Positions 30,258 through 32,000 of a DNA stretch of 32,000 nucleotides are shown here, piece after piece (the first letter of the stretch is position 1; each line of letters opens with the position of its first letter). The notes beneath the pieces are model-generated. The model made no database searches and was not told the origin of the DNA. It saw only the letters and a program-made list of their open reading frames with translations. A program made the position numbers and the translations under genes. The stretch spans positions 1 to 32,000 of the forward strand of contig JAAYHS010000108.1 in NCBI GenBank assembly GCA_012735315.1, given 5' to 3'. This stretch comes from Bacillota bacterium. Its GTDB lineage: Bacteria; Bacillota; UBA4882; UBA8346.

Positions 30258-31255
30258 TACAGATCACTCCGATAATGATAATGGGCGGCGCAAGCGCCTT
30301 CGGCCGAAACCATGCAGGGCCCTACCGGGTCTGCGGGGGAACAATTCCGCCCAAATAAAGGACATTCTTCCGGCCCCACTTTACCGGTTAAGACCTCTCC
30401 GCAACGGCAGCCGGGCGGTTCAAGGGAAGGAATCCCGGTCAATCCGAACCGTTTGCGGGCGTCATAATATTGGTAGCGCTCCGACAGCCCCAACCCGGAA
30501 TTTTCAATCACACCCAACCCGCGCCATTCGGCGGCCTCCGGTTTGAAAACCTCGTTCAAAAGTTGTTGGGCCGATTGATTGCCCTGATCCGTAACCGCCC
30601 TGGGATATTTATTTTCCAACTCAACCCGGCCCGTTTTTAACTGTTGCAACAAAGCGCCGATCCCCAGCCACAGCTCTTCCGGCTCAAAGCCGGTAATCAC
30701 GGTCGGTAACCGGAAGCGGTCCGGTAAAAAGCGAAAGGCCTCCCCTCCGCTAATCACCGCCAAATGGCCGGGGGCAATCAAACCGTCAATGTTGATCTGA
30801 GGGTTGCTAAGCAAGTTTTCCAACGCCGGTCTTAAAATCTTAAAAGCCGGTAACACGGAGAAATTATGGATCTTCCGTTGCCGGGCCCGCTTCACCGCTA
30901 ACGCGACCACCGGCGCGGTCGTCTCAAAACCGACCCCTAAAAACACCACTTCGGCGCCGGGGTTTTCGGCGGCAATTTCTAAAGCGTCCAGCGGCGAGTA
31001 GACAACTCTGATTTGCGAACCCTCCGCCCTCGCCGCGGCCAGGTTGGCGGTGTTGCCGGGCACCCGCATCAGGTCTCCGAAAGTGGCGATGATCACCTTC
31101 GGTTCGCGGCTCAAGCGGACGGCTTGTTCAATATACCCGCCCCCGGTGACGCAAACCGGACAGCCCGGCCCGGATAATAGCCTCACTCCTGCGGGGAGCG
31201 ATTGATGGATACCCGCCCGCCGGATGGCATGAGTATGGGTCCCGCAGACTTCCAT
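30257..31255 (-). CDS. hypD: [NiFe]-hydrogenase maturation protein HypD (start uncertain, see findings)
   Basis: MEVCGTHTHAI (CGxHxH), GPGCPVCVT, FETTAP, PGHLAVISG and C-terminal CxxGEVL...C motifs. ATG 31253-31255 is the only canonical start. HypD-like coding sequence continues upstream without a start codon. Confidence 0.88.
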   Translation of the reverse strand: MEVCGTHTHAIRRAGIHQSLPAGVRLLSGPGCPVCVTGGGYIEQAVRLSREPKVIIATFGDLMRVPGNTANLAAARAEGSQIRVVYSPLDALEIAAENPGAEVVFLGVGFETTAPVVALAVKRARQRKIHNFSVLPAFKILRPALENLLSNPQINIDGLIAPGHLAVISGGEAFRFLPDRFRLPTVITGFEPEELWLGIGALLQQLKTGRVELENKYPRAVTDQGNQSAQQLLNEVFKPEAAEWRGLGVIENSGLGLSERYQYYDARKRFGLTGIPSLEPPGCRCGEVLTGKVGPEECPLFGRNCSPADPVGPCMVSAEGACAAHYHYRSDL

Positions 31256-31396
31256 TATCGAGCAGTCCAGCTCCGCAAACAGCGCCCGAATTATCTCGGG
31301 GTAATTCGCCGTCCCGGCTTGCCGGGAAGAAGTTGGACCGGCAATATTATCGTTTTCCGCTGCCGATCTTATGACTTTCCACTCCTATCTCCCGGA

Positions 31397-31636
31397 CTAC
31401 CGGTTGTTTTGATCCGAATCAGTCGCGCTAAAAACCTCTTCAAATAACCCGATGGTTTCCCGCGCCTCTTCCGGAGGCAGGATTTGAATGGCGCAACCGG
31501 CGTGAACCAATACATAATCTCCGGGCTTTACTCCTGAAACCAAACTCAAATCCACCGCGCGGACCGCTCCGGAAAAGCTTACTTTCGCTTTACTCCCCTC
31601 GATTTTGAGAACTTCACCCGGCGCCGCCAAACACAT
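31397..31636 (-). CDS. hypC: [NiFe]-hydrogenase maturation chaperone HypC
   Basis: The start is placed at ATG 31634-31636 to give the obligatory N-terminus MCLAAPGEV (Met-Cys). AAAGGGGAA lies 6 nt upstream. The body is GDYVLVHAGCAI. The track's start 18 nt upstream would bury the Cys. Confidence 0.88.
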   Translation of the reverse strand: MCLAAPGEVLKIEGSKAKVSFSGAVRAVDLSLVSGVKPGDYVLVHAGCAIQILPPEEARETIGLFEEVFSATDSDQNNR

Positions 31637-32000
31637 CGGTAATTCCCCTTTCAATCATCATACTGCCCAGCCAGGCTTGACCCAAAGCGATCCCTCCGTC
31701 ATTCACCGGCGCCACTTCGGGTATGAACACCCGAAAGCCTTTCCGTTCCAAGCGTTCCCAAGCCAAATCCAACAACAGCCGGTTTTGAAAAACGCCGCCC
31801 GCTAAAACTACCTGATCGGTTCCAACTTCCGATCTTATTAAATCGCAAACTCTGACTATCAAAGCGGCAATAGTCCGGTGAAACTTGGCGCTAATCGCCC
31901 CGGTGCTCAATCGCCTTAAATCCCGGCATGTTTGCTCCATGATCATCCCGGGGTCGATCAGCAGCTTCCCTCCAACGTCGGAGACTTCAAAACAATATTC
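31614..32000 (-). CDS. hypF: [NiFe]-hydrogenase maturation carbamoyltransferase HypF, C-terminal part (5' end outside window)
   Basis: The frame is open to base 32000. The C-terminal Kae1-like motifs are VVLAGGVFQNRLLLD, GFRVFIPEVAPVNDGGIALGQA. It overlaps the hypC start by 23 nt. Confidence 0.85.
   Translation of the reverse strand, partial: EYCFEVSDVGGKLLIDPGMIMEQTCRDLRRLSTGAISAKFHRTIAALIVRVCDLIRSEVGTDQVVLAGGVFQNRLLLDLAWERLERKGFRVFIPEVAPVNDGGIALGQAWLGSMMIERGITDVFGGAG

Noticed and set aside
29827-30546. 239-aa plus-strand ORF spanning the hypE/hypD junction, plus the similar ORF at 29311-29736
   Set aside because: These are antisense shadows in the most GC-rich part of the window. The products are rich in Pro, Ser and Ala with no domain signature, while the sense strand encodes canonical HypE and HypD.
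26900-32000. Visibly higher GC in the hyp genes, the hydrolase and the synthase (825-2210) compared with the tamB/lptD/skp genes, considered as a possible sign of horizontal transfer
   Set aside because: There are no flanking mobile-element genes, tRNA or direct repeats. The richer segments are conserved cytoplasmic enzymes, and the poorer ones are Lys/Asn-rich envelope proteins, so amino-acid composition explains the trend. I could not compute windowed GC, so this is a by-eye impression only.
1-32000. Search for CRISPR arrays, tRNA/rRNA genes, transposases, integrases, phage genes, toxin-antitoxin pairs and known defence-system signatures
   Set aside because: I found no regularly spaced direct repeats, no cloverleaf-capable GC-rich 70-90-nt segments in the intergenic gaps, and no ORF with recombinase, nuclease-defence or phage motifs. 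All gaps are 400 nt or shorter and look like promoter or terminator regions.

Overview
The window is transcribed almost entirely in one direction: 31 of 32 called genes are on the minus strand. I saw no rRNA, tRNA, CRISPR array, transposase or integrase. In transcription order (high to low coordinates) it contains:
- hypF (5' partial), hypC, hypD and hypE, the [NiFe]-hydrogenase maturation genes.
- A TolB-like beta-propeller protein and an alpha/beta hydrolase.
- A long outer-membrane (OM) biogenesis cluster: SpoIVB-type S55 serine peptidase, TamB (~1557 aa), a group-3-like sigma-70 family factor, a single-pass membrane protein, a short (~3 POTRA) BamA/Omp85, an unrecognised 430-aa OMP with POTRA-like junction motifs and a small C-terminal barrel, Skp, a membrane-anchored coiled-coil protein, a second Skp, and LpxD. 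A terminator follows, then LptF/G, LptD, LptC and LptA.
- Housekeeping genes: a YprB-like DEDD exonuclease, a YhaM-like OB/HD exoribonuclease, an unknown polytopic membrane protein, MtaB, a HIT protein and RpsU.
- An isopropylmalate/homocitrate-synthase-family enzyme, probably a Re-citrate synthase.
- One convergent plus-strand lipoprotein at the left edge.

The gene content suggests an uncultivated anaerobic diderm with a tamB-bamA-skp-lpxD arrangement. I cannot assign taxonomy from sequence alone.

The best candidates for something undescribed are:
1. The non-ECF sigma factor plus single-pass membrane protein wedged between tamB and bamA, with a secreted S55 protease at the head of the cluster. 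This could be an envelope-biogenesis or stress circuit built from parts that are not orthologous to RpoE/RseA/DegS.
2. The 430-aa mini-Omp85-like OMP next to bamA.
3. The S55 peptidase, whose Ser motif precedes its first His motif. This is the reverse of the order I recall for B. subtilis SpoIVB.
4. The anchored coiled-coil protein between the two skp genes.

All family calls come from motif recognition by eye. No database search was run.
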